From Lama glama (lineage: Eukaryota): a stretch of DNA of 64,000 nucleotides. Positions 40,117 through 54,418 of the stretch are shown here, piece after piece. Each line of letters starts with the position of its first letter. Position 1 is the first letter of the stretch. The translations under genes were made by a program, and so were the position numbers. The stretch is from the NCBI GenBank assembly GCA_028534125.1, contig CM052816.1, positions 15,998,001 to 16,062,000 of the forward strand, read 5' to 3'. The notes below the pieces were generated by a model that ran no database searches, was not told where the DNA came from, and saw only the letters and a list, made by a program, of their open reading frames with translations.

Positions 40117-40620
40117 TACAATCTCCCCTGCAGTAAATAATCTCCAAACATGGCTGCCAATAATTTCTCCCCTCCCTGTAAGAACATACCACTCCTTTCA
40201 TCAAGAAGTAGTCTATTTCCCTTCCCCTTGAATCCAGGCTGGCCTTGCACTTTGCTTGACTGAAAAAAATAAAATAAAGCAAATCTAGTTTTTAGAGGCC
40301 TGACATCTTTCCTTCTTGCTCTTTCAGAGCTCTGGGCCACCACATAGAAGGTCCAGGTTATCTTGCTGGAAAGGCCATTTGGGGGGCAAGCGTGTACATT
40401 CCAGCTAATAGTTAGCATCAAGGCCCCAGACATGGAGGAGAGGAGGTCTTCTTGGACCTTCTAACCCTGATGCCAGCTGATACAGCCACAGGAATAACCC
40501 TGGCTGATAACACAAGAAGCAAAACTTCATAGTCAATCCAGATGATCCGGAGAAGTAATAAATCACTGTTGTTTAAAGTTTTGTAGTAGTCTGTTATATA
40601 GCAAAGCTAACGGATAAATA
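40117..40620 (+). mobile_element. MLT1 (MaLR) solo LTR
   Basis: 'atttcccttccccttgaatccaggctggccttg...gaagtaataaatcactgttgtttaaagttttg...gttatatagcaaagctaac'. Confidence 0.75.
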
Positions 40621-41870
40621 CCATTATATAGTCTCTAAAGACAGCAGGACTCAATAATAGATCCTTCCAACTGTCACCACGGCAGATTCTCAGCAAAACA
40701 ATAACAAATGTCTAATTCTGCTAAATAATTAAACAAAACAAAACAAAAACCAAATAAACAAAAAATAAAAAACCAAAAAAATTACTCTGTTATTGAAAGC
40801 TACCGGTCCAAAAGTAAAAATACTGTTAAGAGGGGGAAGTCATGATAAAAGGAATTTATTTCAAGTGATCCAAATCCTTTCAGATTTGATATCCTAGGGT
40901 CCTTTACAACACCACAGTATGTAATCTTAGCAGGTATATTTACCTAAAACCTCAAATACAGTAGACAATAAGCTCATCACCTTAGCTAAATTTAAGACTG
41001 CAGTCATTTTTAAAGGTTACATATTGATCTAGGAGAAAATCATGAACTATTTAAAAACTATGTACATGTCCAATACTCTAATTATGCAAAGATAGTAAGA
41101 TCCACAGGGGATCTGTATTTTACGACCTTTAAAGTACCTGTTCTTTTAGAGTTACAATTCCTAGAAATATAAATTTTCATACAATACAACAGCATGTGTT
41201 TTGAAATATATATAGGAAGAATCACTGAAAGTATATCAGACTTCCAAGCAAAGTGACAGATTGAACACGTAATTTACTCTCTCCCAAAATTCTACTAAAA
41301 TAAGAGTCATCAGTTTTTTTTCAAGGCTTAAACTCACAAATAACAAAGAACAGGAAAGGGGACAACAGCAATAACATTTCTGTAGCTGAAAGCAGACTGA
41401 TGAGTGATAGTGATTTAGCAGTCCCAAGAAGGTGAATCTTAATTCATGAGAAAAACTCAAGAAGGAACCAAATTTACAAAGGCTCAGAAGGTGATAACAC
41501 AAGCAACTCCTGGAAGTAGGACTGAAAACAGGAGGCCTGCTTGCAAATCTGATTAAGGAGATGAGTATACAATCAGTATTATCCAGAAAATGTGGGACAC
41601 CAAACAGGACTTGGGACCCATTTCATCCAACATAAAGTATAAGAAAAAAAGGGATAACTACATAATAAAAAAGACTTAAAAGATGTCAACCAAATGCAAT
41701 TAGTTGACTTTGTTTATACTATGTAGATTCAAACAAATCATATATAAAGAAGAAAACCTCATCTGAAAGAGAAAAAAATTTAAATGACTGAACATTTGAT
41801 ACCAAGAACTTACTCATATTTTTAGATATGATAATTATACTGTATTGTGACTTTTTAAGAGTCTTTGTCT

Positions 41871-42086
41871 CAGGGCTTCTCAATCCAATAAATAATTGAC
41901 ATTTGGGGCGGGATAATTCTTTGTTGTTGGGGGCTGTCCTATGCATTGTAGGATGTTCAGTAGTTCCCTAGCCTCTACCTACTAGATGCCAGTAGCAACC
42001 AGTAGCCTCCCAGCAGTGACAACTAAAAATATTTACAATGTCAAATGTCACCTGGTGGGCAAATCCACCCCAAAGTAAGAACCACT
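41871..42086 (-). mobile_element. MER20 DNA transposon
   Basis: Reverse-complement homolog of 3665-3861 ('gacatttggggcgggataattctttgttgttgggggctgtcctatgcattgtaggatgtt'). Confidence 0.85.
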
Positions 42087-43424
42087 ACATTATCTCTCAG
42101 TAATACAGTCTTAATTATTTACAGATAAAATGATATTTGGGATTGGTTTCAAAATAATACAGTAAGGATGGAAAAGGTAGTAGAGAATTAACACAAAATG
42201 TTGGGTGATGGGGTACATGAAATTTGTTACAGAATACTCAAGTGTTTTGATGTTTGAAAATTTCACTGAAGTTTATTAGACATCTGTTTTACGCATTTTT
42301 ATATAGCACATTATATTCATAACAATGAAAATTTCTAAAGAAAAAAGTTAGTCAGAAACTCTCATATCCTGTAGTTGGGTGTCTAAAACTTTTGGCATTA
42401 TCTCACAAAAATAAAAAGGTCCATGTTTTATAACCAAACAATTCTACTGACTATAAAGAGAAATTCTCACCTATGTGCACCAAGAGACATGTATGGGGAT
42501 GTTGATGCTTCAGTATCTGTAGTAGCAAAACCTTGGGAACAAATGTCTAGTATAAGGGTAATAAATTTTAACATATATTGGTTGGTATATCTGTATTCAT
42601 TGAAAGGGCATGTTATTTAAAATGTATACATTTGTATAACATCTATGTGAATTTTGAAAACATTCAAAATAATACGTGTTGTTTATGGATATAAATCTCA
42701 AAACTAATAAAGATAAAACATTAAAGCTTAAAACTAGAAGTGATATCTAGATCAATTCTTTGACTTCCAGTGAATGTTCGCTCCACCCAAGCAAACTAGG
42801 CCAGAGGTTTGTTCTCTGGAGAGGATAAAACAGAAGGTTCAAGACTAAGAGACACTAAACCACAGTCAATGGCATGGATGATGTACGCAAACTAGGAAGG
42901 TTAAGTGAACATTTACATACACACTTTGTTCCAAGTGCTTCTGAGAACATTGGAACACTGGCCAGTACCAGGCAGGAGATTAAAAGACCCTTCTCTAGAA
43001 AATCTGCACAAGATAAAGAGCTATACAATTCACTGACATTAGTGGTTCATCCAGAGAAATAGCCCTGACAGCAAACTGTAAGCTGGCTTCCACAGTTGCC
43101 AAACCTCACCCCCATTTGCTCATACCCTTTAATCAGCTTTTTAATGGCCTACTCTAAAATAAGGATAAACAACTGACAATGAAGGAATTGGCCATCTTCA
43201 ATATGAAAGATAAAGACCAAAAACAATGTGGAGAAAAAAGACCATGCAGGAAGAAGAAAAGGTCAAAACAAAAGAAAAGCTATCATGAATATCCTTAAAC
43301 CTCAGAGAAGCTTTTGCATCTACGAAACAAGAACAAAATTCTTAAACAAGTAAGCAAACACTCTGAGAATGAGAAACTCTCAAAAAGTAGATAAAAAGAC
43401 AAAGATAGGAAATAGAAAAGAAAT

Positions 43425-45920
43425 ACAGATTCCATACAATCTCCATCAAAATTCTAACTGCCTTTAAAAAAAAACCCAAAAACAAAAACAGGAATGACAA
43501 ACATAACCTAAAATTCATATGGGAATGTAAGGAACCCCAGAAGTCAAAACAATCTTGGGAAAGAAAAAGTTGAAGGATTCACACTTTGTGATTTCAAAAC
43601 TCAATACAAAGCTACAGTTTTCAACAGTATGATACTGACATAAGAACAGATATATAGATCAACAGAACAGAATTGAGAGTCCAGAAATAAATCTATACGT
43701 CTATGGCCAACTGTTTTGTTTTATTTTGTTTTATTTTTTCTCAGAAAACAAAACACTGAATCAATGGTCCAAGCTTTTACTTTTCCATTCTGACAACCTG
43801 ATGGACCACAGATGTGGCCAAAGCATATTCTTCATTTAACGTAAACAATGTTAAACAACTACAAAATTAAATTTTTTAAAGATTTTTAAATTTTATACAA
43901 TTTTTAAAGGTTACTTTTCATTTATAAAACTGGCCAATTGGTTTTTGAGACTGTTGCCAAAACAATTCAATGTGGAAAAAAATAATCTTTTCAACAAATG
44001 ATGCTTGGACAACTGTATATTCACATGCAAAAGATGAATTCAGACTCCCATCTTACATCATACACAAAAATTAACTTTAAATAGATCAAAGCCCATCATC
44101 TCAGTCCCATCAGGATAGTTACTATCCAAAAACAAACAAACAAAAAAGCCAGAAAATAGTAAGTCCTGATGAGGATGTGGAGAAATTAGAACCCTTGTGC
44201 ACTGGTAGGAGAAATGTAAAATGGTATAGCCAACTATGGAAAACACTATGGCAAGTCCTCAAAAATTAAAAATAAAATTACTATGAGCTAGCAATTCTAC
44301 TTCTAGGTATACACCCCAAATAACTGAAAGCAGAGTCTTGAAAGATACACCTATGCTGATAGCAGAATTATTCAGGATAGCTAAAGTGTGTAAACAATCT
44401 AAGTGTCCAACAGCTGATGAATGGATAAGCAAATATGGTATATACACAAAATGGAACAGTAAACAGCCTTCAAAAGGAAGAAAATTCTGACAAAATGGAT
44501 GAACCTTGAGGACACTATGCTCGGTGAAATAAATCAGTCACAAAAAGATAAATACTGTTATGATTCTACTTATATGAGGAACCTAGTCAAAACCAGAGGC
44601 AGAGCAGGGAGGCAGGGAGGGTATAGCTCAGTGGTAAAGGGCATGCTTAGCATGCACGAGGTCCTGGGTTCAATCCCCAATACCTCCATTAAATAAGTAA
44701 AATCACAACTCCCCCCTAAAAAAACTTACTAAAAAAACAAAAACAAAAACAAAACAAAAATAAAAACAAAAAAAAAAAACAGAGACAGAAAGTACAATAG
44801 TGGTTTAACGGCTAGGGAGAAAGGTGAGGAGTCATTGTTTAATGGGTTATGGACTTTTCAGTTTTGAGTTCTGGAGATGGACGGTACCAACGGTTGCACA
44901 ATATGAATGTACTTAATACCACTGAACTGTGTATTTTAAAATGGCCAATTTTGTTATATGTATTTTACAACAATAAAAGAAGTGGGGAAAAAAATAGATC
45001 AAAGACCTAAATTTAAGAGTTGAAACTATAAAACTCTTAAAAGGAAACTTAAGTGTAAATCTGTGCATCCTTGGATTAGTAATGGTTTCTTAGATATGAC
45101 ACACAAAACACAAGCAACAAAAGAAAAATTAGACAAACTGGACTCCATCAAAATTTAAAACTTTAATACATACATAAAAAAAGAGAAAACGCAAACCTAC
45201 AAAATGGGAGAAAAATTTTGCAATCACATATATGATAACAGTTTGTTATCCAAAATATAAAAGAATTCTTATAGCTCAACAATAAAAACACAACCCAATT
45301 TGAAAATGGGCAAATACACATTTCTCCAAAGAGAATATACATATGGTCAATGCGCATGTGGAGATGTTCAACATCAGTCATTAGAGAAATTAAATCAGAA
45401 CCACAATAATATCTCACTTGTCACCTACTAGGAGAAGTATAATAAAATAACAAGTGTTGGTGAGTATGTGGAGAAACTAGGAAACCTCATACATTCCTGG
45501 TGGGAACATAAAACAGTGTAGTCAGTTTGGAAAACTGTCTGATGGTTTTGAAAAAGGTAAACAAAAATTACCACATGACTCAGCAATTCCACTCCTAGGA
45601 ATATATCCGAGAGGAATGAAAACATATGTTCACACAAAAAATTGAAAATAAATGTTCATAGCAGTATTCTTCTTGACAGATAAAAAATGGAAACAACCCA
45701 AATGCCCATCAACCAATGAACGGAAAAAGAAAATGATATATTCATACAATGGAGTATTATTCAGCCATAAAAAGGAATTAAGTGCTGATACATACTACAA
45801 CTTGGATAAACCCTGAAAACACCATGCCTAAACAAAAAGAAGTCAGACACAAAAGGCCATGTATTGTATGATTCTATTTATATGAAATGTCCAGAATAAG
45901 TAAATCCATATAGGTAGAAA
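43425..45920 (+). mobile_element. Nested old L1 ORF2/3' UTR fragments
   Basis: L1 ORF2 motifs ('aacagaattgagagtccagaaataaa', 'atcttttcaacaaatgatgcttggacaactg', 'cagcaattccactcctagg'); contains younger insertions at 43714-43930 and 44615-44779. Confidence 0.88.
44615..44779 (+). mobile_element. tRNA-Ala-derived camelid SINE (vic-1-like)
   Basis: 'gggagggtatagctcagtggtaaagggcatgcttagcatgcacgaggtcctgggttcaatccccaatacctcca' plus long A/AC tail. Confidence 0.9.
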
Positions 45921-48189
45921 AGGGGCAGGGGGACAACAACCAGGGACCAGCTCAGGAAGTCCAACATCTAATAACAGTTTCAATAAAGGGAAAGCAGAGA
46001 TAATGAAATTAATGAAACCATGAACAAAAGGATTCAAGACAATTTCTCAAAACTTCAAGATGTGAACTTCTGGCTTGAAAAAACCAACCGAATTTTGAGC
46101 AAAGTAAATGAAAACTAACCTACATCATCAAATCCATCATGAAATTTCACAAAACTGGGGACAAAGAATACCTATAAGCTTCCAGAAAGGAAACTGGTCA
46201 CATATATAGGATCAGAATAGTTTGGGACTTAACAGCAATACTGGAAGCTAGAAGATAATAAAAATACTGACTATAAAAGAAGAGTGCCATCCATACTGGT
46301 GGTCTTACCCCAGCTTTTGAGATTAGATCAAGTCGTGTTTACAATCCAAATGCCAATATGCTGTTAGCTTTAAGCTCTTCCTCCAAATTCTGAACAATCT
46401 TCTTAACCTTGTATTAATATTGCATGTGACCTCATACAATTTAATTTCTACATGAAGTTACAGGTTCAACAATAGAGGAACTAAAATAAGACTAAAAAAA
46501 TTACTGCATAAGCACGCTTTGGGATTGCTACTGTAAGTTAAACAAAATTTTATTTATTAGAGATCTGTCCTATAGTGATGAAAATAAAAGGTATAACTAT
46601 TTCTTTTTTGAAAGGAATTCAAATTTTTATTTTAAACCAATTTATAATCAGTGTTTTAAACATGTATGAAATGGTTTCATATTAACTTTGAAATAGATAT
46701 AAGTATCATGGCAATTCACAATTTTAAAAAGAGCTCACAAACATGTATGATATTCTCCAGGTAAGCTCAATAACTTCAAAGTGGATTTCAGTACTTCTAA
46801 TCAACGAAAGTGAAACATAATGCTTAAAGTACAAATAACCTTTCAACAGACCAGAATCTGGCCTTCTACTAAATTCAGTGCTAATATATTATCGCCTTGA
46901 CACAGTAAGTAAAGTAGGGGAGGTTTCACAAGTAATTCCCCAACACTTACAACAATGTACCCCTATCAAAACATGAATATTTCTAAACATGCAAAGACGC
47001 CAAGCTCTTAAATTATGAAGACAAGCCACGGCTCCTTACTAAACTTTAACACTAAAGCTAAACTAGGTAGGTCTGAATCTTAAGCCAGGTAGTAAATACC
47101 TAGGTGCTGGTCATATCAGTGTCTAAAACTTTCTCTATACATAAAGTATTTCATAATAAAAGATAAGTTTCAGGTCTTTTGATTGTGGTTGTTTCCAATT
47201 ATTTCTAAGAATGGAGACTAGTTTCTACAGGTTACTAGAATTATCAAAATTGTCTCAGAATAATAACAGCATTAAACTTAAGAGTATGGTTTTAGTATTT
47301 TCCCAAGATGTGCTAAAGAAAATGCCACATTCCCTAACTGGGAAAAGTACTACGTGGTCACTCACAATCACTAGACTGAACTTCCTATACTGGTTTTAAG
47401 TAACAGCTTGCACTATTATGTTAAGTAGCTTTCATCTAAATATTTATGTCAAGTAAGTCCTATATTTCAATTTGTTTTTAAAAATGGTAAGGATATCCAC
47501 ATGGGGATGGGCATGATTCAAAACAAGATGTCCAAGTCAGGACAGAGTTAAGAAGGGCACTCCAAGGGAGAGGAGAGCAAAGAATGATATCTATGCAGAT
47601 GTGCCACAGCAATGAGAAGTTGATTATATACACAGGAGATCTGATCAAATGAGTAAATATATTAACAGAGAACTTTCGCTGTCAAAAAAGAGTATCAATA
47701 CTGAAAGAAGAAATACAGAGTAAACCCTATGGTAGTGGACTGAAATTAGAGTGTGAACTCATGATTTTTGATACATAGAGAAAAGTAAATATACGTATGT
47801 ACGTGTACGTATCTATACATACACATATTCCCTAGCTACCACTGGTTATACTGAGAAAGCCTGGAAAGACTGAGACTCTTAGAGCAATAAGCATACCTAG
47901 CATCCAGATCTTGGTTTCTAAATACCATTTACCACTAAAAAACACAAAAGAACCTTGGAAAAATAGGTGATTACAGGGCTAGAGCAGGGAAAGTAGAAGA
48001 AAAAGCAGGAAACACTTTTTTGTGCCAGAACTTAAAGAAGAGCTCAAATCCTGGGGGAAAAAGCATGTCGGGGACAATTTGAGAATTAAAATGAGTAATA
48101 ATAAACTACTATAACTCACATGAATAAAACAGGAAATCATAAGTCCATACAAATACAAATTTTAAAATAAATCAAAATTTTTGAGTAAC

Positions 48190-48733
48190 AGTGTGGTACC
48201 CAGACTCCAACTTGGCTCCCAATGAACCTTGAATTCTAGTACTCTCACCCTTGTGTAGTCCTCTTTCCCACATTGTACAAGGGGTAGTTAGTCTGTGAGG
48301 CCAAAAGAGTACGGCAGAAGTGATGGTATGTCACTTCTGAGATTAGATTATAAGATACTATGGACTTTAATTTGGTTGCTCTATCTCTCAGATCACTCTG
48401 AGGGAAGCCAGTTGCTATGTCTAAAGCACACTCAGGTAGCCCTATATAGAGACCCACATGGGGAGGAAATAAGTCCCTTAGTCCAACAACCCACGAAGAA
48501 CTGAGATCTGCCAGCAATCATGGGAATGAACTTGAAGGGGATCGTCTAGCCTTCAGAGAACTGCAGCCCCCAGCCACAGCTTTGCTGTAACCTCAAAAGA
48601 GATCCTGAGCCAGAACTACCCCCACTCTAAGTCATTCTCAGATTCCTGATCTTCAAAACTATGTGATAAAGTTTATTGTTTTAAGCAGCTAAGTTTTAGG
48701 GTATTTTCTTATGCAGCAATAGATATGTAATAC
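48190..48733 (+). mobile_element. MLT1 (MaLR) solo LTR
   Basis: 'gcagaagtgatggtatgtcacttctgagattag...gatcctgagccagaactacc...ttgttttaagcagctaagttttagg...tatgcagcaatagat'. Confidence 0.82.
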
Positions 48734-48894
48734 AAACAGGATAAGTACATATTTTCAAAGTGTCTCCCAACAAATTACTTATTCATTATGAAGGGGAAAA
48801 GAGCAACTCTATTGTAGGAAACCCTCACAGCTATTACCTTAATCAAGTGACAGAAGTAAAAATTCTCAGTAATGGGTCAAACTGAAATTGCAGA

Positions 48895-49460
48895 CATGGA
48901 AGCAACCTAAACGTCCATTAGCAGATGACTGGATAAAGAAGTTGTGGGGACACACACACACACAGACACACACACACACACACAGGAATACTATTCAGCC
49001 ACAAAAAACAATGAAATAATGCCATGTATAACAACATGGATAGACCCAGAGATTATCATACTAAGCAAACTAAGTCAGACTGAGAAAGACAAATATCGTA
49101 TATTACTTATACATGGAATCTAAAAACATGACACAAATGAAATTATTTACAAAACAAAAACAGACTCACAGACAGAAAACAAACTTATGGTTACCAAAGG
49201 GGAAAGGTGCAGGGAATAAATTAGGAGTTTGAGATCAGCAGATACAAATACTATATATGGACAGATAAACAGTAAGGTCCTACTATGAAATACAGCACAG
49301 GGAACTATATTCAAAGCTTGTATATAATAACTGATAATGGAAAAAAATATGAAGTATATGTGTGTGTGTGTGTATATATATATAACTGAATCACTATGTT
49401 ATACACCAGAAACTAACACAACATTGTAAATCAACTATACTTCAATTAAAAAAAAAAAAG
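48895..49460 (+). mobile_element. Younger L1 3' end
   Basis: Homologous to 61380-62062; contains internal (CA)n and (TG)n and an A tail. Confidence 0.88.
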
Positions 49461-50140
49461 AAACTGCATACCACCTGACAGGATGTAATGAAAAGAATCC
49501 AACCAAAATCATGCACTACTTGATAGGACACAGAGATGGACACAGCACTGCTTCTGTGACATTCCTACCAAAGATGTATGACCTAAATCTAATCACTGTG
49601 AAATAACCGAAAAACCCATACTGAGGGACATTCTGCAAAATAACTGCACTGTAATCTTTAAAAGTGTCAAAGCCATAAATTAACTATATTTTAATTAAAA
49701 AAAAAGGATCAAGGTCATGAAGCAAAGAAAAGACTGAGGAACTGAAGGAGACTAAAGATAGATAACTAAATGCAATGAATAATTGGACTGGATCCTTTCC
49801 TATAAAGGACATTATTGGAACAACTGGCAAAACTTAACTGGGATCTGAGAATTAGATGACAGTAATATCTCAATGGGAACTGCCTAATTTTGATATTGTG
49901 ATTATGTAGCAGAATGCCCATGTTTGGAAGAAATACACGTTAAAGTATTTGGGGTTCATGAGTTATACTGACAACCTACTCTGAAATGGTTAAAGAAAAG
50001 GATGTTCTAAGTTTTGTATTTGCAACTGTCCTGTAGGTTTGAGACTGTTTCAAAATTTTAGAAAATTAAAAAACAAAATCATAAAATCCCACAGGCAATT
50101 ACAGCAGTCACTTTATTAGAACTTGGGGATTAGATGGTAT

Positions 50141-50578
50141 ATTGGGTTTAACAGTCCTCAAAATGATATGTGGCACATCTTAATTTCTGGGACCTATAAA
50201 TGTTATCTTATTTGGAAAAAGAATCTTTGTAAATATAAATATAATTAAATTAAGGACCTTGAGATAAGATCATCCTGGACTACCTGGGTGGGTCCTAAAT
50301 ATAAAAGCAAGTGTCCTTATAAGAGATAAAAGACATACACACACAGAAGATAGTATGAATAGGAAGACAAAAAGTGAAGTGATAAGGCCACAAACTAAGG
50401 AAATCGAGGAATGCTGTTAACAGAAGCTGGAAGAGGCAAGGAAGGACTCTCCCATATATCTCCAGAGGGAGTATGGCCCTGCTGGACTTTTAACTCCAGA
50501 ATTGTGAAATAATAGACTTATTGTTATAAGCCACTTTGTTTTTGGTAATTTATTACAGCAGCACTATGAAACTAATAT
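50141..50578 (+). mobile_element. MLT1 (MaLR) solo LTR
   Basis: 'ccttgagataagatcatcctggactacctgggtgggtcctaaat...gaagctggaagaggcaaggaagg...tttattacagcagcactatgaaactaata'. Confidence 0.82.
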
Positions 50579-50913
50579 GGATAGTATAAATAAGAGGACA
50601 TTTAATCAAAGAAAATCACTCACTGTCATTAATATACTATTATTTTAAGAACCCTATTTTCAAACTGATATCATTGTGGCTTCTGTAAAATTCAACTTTG
50701 ATTTCAAATTTTTTATCTGATACACATCCTTAAAAAGTTGGCAAATAAGTGCTAGCACATATATTGGATGATGCTCTACAAGTGATGGAGGGACATGTTC
50801 AAAGGGCAACAGTAGATATTTCTATTATAAGATAATGTTAAGAGAATTGTTTTTACTTAAAGGCTTATAAAAATATCACAAGTATTGGAAAAATATTAAG
50901 GTAACAATAGTCT

Positions 50914-51058
50914 GGGGGGGAGAGTATAGCTCAGTAGTAGAATGCATGCTTAGCATGCCTGAGATCCTAGGTTCAATCCTTAGTACCTCCATTAAATGAA
51001 TAAATAAAATAAAAACAAACCTAATTGCCTCCCCCCACTAAAAAACTAAACAGACAAA
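50914..51058 (+). mobile_element. tRNA-Ala-derived camelid SINE (vic-1-like)
   Basis: SINE head and body; TSD-like aacaatagtct/aacaatagttt. Confidence 0.9.
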
Positions 51059-52235
51059 AACAATAGTTTGAAGAGTGCTGAAGAAAAAACTTGGAATTCA
51101 GTCCCTTTTTCCATTTAGGAATATTGTAAAACATTACTTTTACAACATCAGGGTGTTTGTTTTTTCCTCTTTTCTTTTCTTTTCTTTTCCGGTTGCGGAA
51201 GCAATGAAGTGGAATGCTAAACTGACACTTAGCAGTAACACCTAAGATTTCAAGATTCTACCAGTTCCATGGGTCAACATTACTGGGCAGCTAAGCCACA
51301 GTGGTAATATTAAAAACTATCTTCTACGTAGTCCATATTTTCTTTCTACTCATCCCCCCCAGAGTGGGGGCACTATCACCATTCTATAGATAAGGAAGCC
51401 AAGACAAAGAAAATCAGTGAAGTAACTTGCCTAAGGCCATAGGGTTAGGATACACTCAGTAAATATGTTGGTCCAAAATCCTACCATTTTTTTCTACCCT
51501 ACCATTTGCTCTTGGCATGTGCTAAATGTTGCTGGCAAAAACTGAATGCCTAATATGCATAAGGTGCTGGAAACATAACAAATAAGACACGGACTTTGCC
51601 CAGGAGAGCTCAGTCTAAAGAGGGTAATAATCAATCATGTCTACATACTAGGAAATAGTTCTATAGCAGAACCCTACTGTCTGCATGCCTGGGGTATGCT
51701 TCACAGAGAATCAGTTTCTGTTGGATCTCAAGGATGAATAAAGAATTCAGAAGAAGGAGGAGGTTGGGTGAGAAGACATTCTCTGTATAAGGAAAAGTAC
51801 AAAGACTAGAAAAATAATTCTGAGAAAGATCAATCAGAACTGTTTCAATTATAGTAGTATTTCTCATGATACTAATAAGTATTAGAAAAATATAGTACTA
51901 TTTTTATCCTAAATTTTATCTATTTTAGTACATATTTTAAAGAAATACTACATATTTCCACAATTTTAAAGCAATAATTTGCCTCAAAAAAGCTTACACA
52001 CCACAAAGCAAATTATAGCCACACTCTGATACACAAACAGCATTTAACCATGGGTATTATCTATTTGACTTCAATGATCTATCCTGTTTCTTATCATAAT
52101 TCAATATATATTTGAGAAGTTATTTAATCAAAGCTTATTATGTGCTAAATATTTCTAATATACTAGTGCATTCCCAACAGACTTATAGCTAAAATACATG
52201 TTTTAAATGAAAAGCGAAGTTCTTTGATATTTTTC

Positions 52236-52750
52236 AAATTTTAAGAACAACTTTACTGTGGTATAATTTCTGTACAGCAAACTATCCATATTTCAGATGT
52301 ACAATCTGATGAATTCTGATAGTGGTATATACCTACGAAACCACCACCACAATCAAGATACCTAACATTTCCATCACTCCCCAAGAGGTGCAAATTTCAA
52401 ACTCCCAATTTTCATTTCCAATCCCCATTACCCTCTGGTAACCATGAGTCTGTTCTCTATGTTTGTGAATCTGTTTCTGTTTTGTAAATAAGTTCATTTG
52501 TGCCCATTTTTTTTTCAGATTCCACATATAAGCAATATCATATGGTATTTTTCTTTCTCTTTTTGGGTTACTTCACTTAGAATGACAATCTTCAAGATTA
52601 TGATCTTCAGATCCATCCATGTTGCTACAAATGGCATTATTTTATTATTTTTTATGGCTGAGTAGTATTCTGTCATGTATGTGTATGTCTGTGTCTGTCT
52701 GTGTCTATGTGTGTACCTACACACACATCTTTATCCAGTCATCAGTCAGT
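52236..52750 (-). mobile_element. L1 3' end with variant (chimeric) tail
   Basis: Reverse-complement homolog of ~22400-22880, including the same unusual terminal ~150 bp. Confidence 0.88.
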
Positions 52751-53192
52751 GAAAGTCTTTTGATTCTTAAGGTCCCTAAATCAGATTATTTTTGAATAAA
52801 CATGAGCAAAGCACAGACAACTTTTTTTAAATTAAGTGAACTATCTGTCCATGAGACAATTAATAATGTTGGTAACAGACTAACTGCATGAATATTGCAA
52901 AATACGCTTTTTGTATTCTCTTTTGCTGCAATGCCCATGTTTGAAGCAAATTTTTGCATTATACTATAATGGGAACAATATAGAGTAACACATCTAAGGC
53001 AGCACCTGATGAGGATCCTTTTTGCTAAAATAATATTCTTTAAGTGTTTGTTACTTTACAGGAAAATGACGATGAATGTGTCACCTTAATATATTTTGTT
53101 TTTAAGTAATTTTCCTAATATTATGTTTGTGATACTATATTTTGATTATTTATGTTTATTAATTTATGTGGACCATTTGTGCTGTCAATTCT

Positions 53193-53309
53193 GGGGGGGA
53201 GGGGGATTAGATTTGTTTATTTATTTTTAATGGAGGTACTGGAGATTGAACCCAGGACCTTGTGCATGCTAAGCATGCACTCTAGCACTGAGCTATACCC
53301 TACCCTCCC
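53193..53309 (-). mobile_element. tRNA-Ala-derived camelid SINE (vic-1-like)
   Basis: SINE head; TSD-like gtgctgtcaatt/gtgctgtcagtt. Confidence 0.9.
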
Positions 53310-54326
53310 TGCCCCGTGCTGTCAGTTTTAATCCAAGTGTGCATTATTTTGTAACTTTGTTTGTATTCATCAATAACACTAGTTTGAAAAGTGTTCTAAT
53401 AAAGATAGGAAATACTAGATACGGGGAAGGAGAGTTTATCAGAAGCTAAGGGAAGTGAGTAATAATCACATTAACTGTTACAAAAGTTAAATAAAAACTA
53501 AGGTATCCATTGAATTTGGCAATTAAGTAATCATCGGTGATCTTACTGCCTTATTGATCAGTCCCACAGTGAATAGGCTATTCTGTCAAGAATTTTAGCA
53601 CTGAAATGCCAGAGATGGGAGGGATAAAGAAGAGGAAGGAATTAGCTTTAGTTGGGGAGGAGAGTTTAAAAGTTTTGGGGCTTTTTATTAGGATCAGGGG
53701 AAGTCTTGGATCAGTTTGGATGCTGAAGGGAGTCTGAGAAGAGACTAGAACTAGGAGATCAGGGACAATTACTAGTAAGCAAGGAGCTGGTAGAAAGAAA
53801 GAATAGGATGAAAAGCAAAAGTTAGTTTGACAAAGGGAAAAGTATAGCTTCTTCAGTGACAAGAGGGAAGAGCAATGACTAAAGTATATTTGAAGCAATG
53901 TCTGGCTCCACAGTCAAGACTGCATGCATCTGAATTCTGGCTATTCCTATCACAGCCATATAATCATAGGCAAGTTTGTTTACTTCTCCAAATTTCCATT
54001 TTCTCATCTAACCTGGGGAGAACAGAATTATCACAGGGTTATTCAGAAGATTCAGTAATTTTGATACACACTGAGTACTCTAAAGATGGTAGCTGTGGGG
54101 TTTGGTTTTTCATTTTTGCTTTGAAAGGCCTCAAGGAAATTTGAAAGAATTCATGGGTAAGATTTCTATTTTCTCTATGGAATAGGTAACTGGGTCACCT
54201 ACTGAGATTACAACAGAGTGTGTGTTTAAGGAGGTAGGACAGTGATTCTTAATCTTTTGGCAAGATTTAAAAATCCATTCGACTCTGAGGAAAGATATAG
54301 GGACAGAACATCCAAAATTTGCTTAG

Positions 54327-54418
54327 TTTTTTTTTATTTTAATGAAGGTACGGGAGATTGAATCCAGGACCCTGTGCGTGCTAAGCATGCACTCTACCAC
54401 TGAGCTATTCCCACCCCT
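54327..54418 (-). mobile_element. tRNA-Ala-derived camelid SINE (short form)
   Basis: tRNA-like head joined directly to an A tail; TSD-like aaaatttgcttagtttt/aaaatctgcatagtttt. Confidence 0.87.

Larger units (their letters stand above)
47560..50070 (+). mobile_element. Old L1M 3' region split by an LTR and a younger L1
   Basis: 'catacctagcatccagatcttggtttctaaataccatt', 'aaacccatactgagggacattctgcaaaataactg', 'aaaggacattattggaacaactggcaaaact'. Confidence 0.7.
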
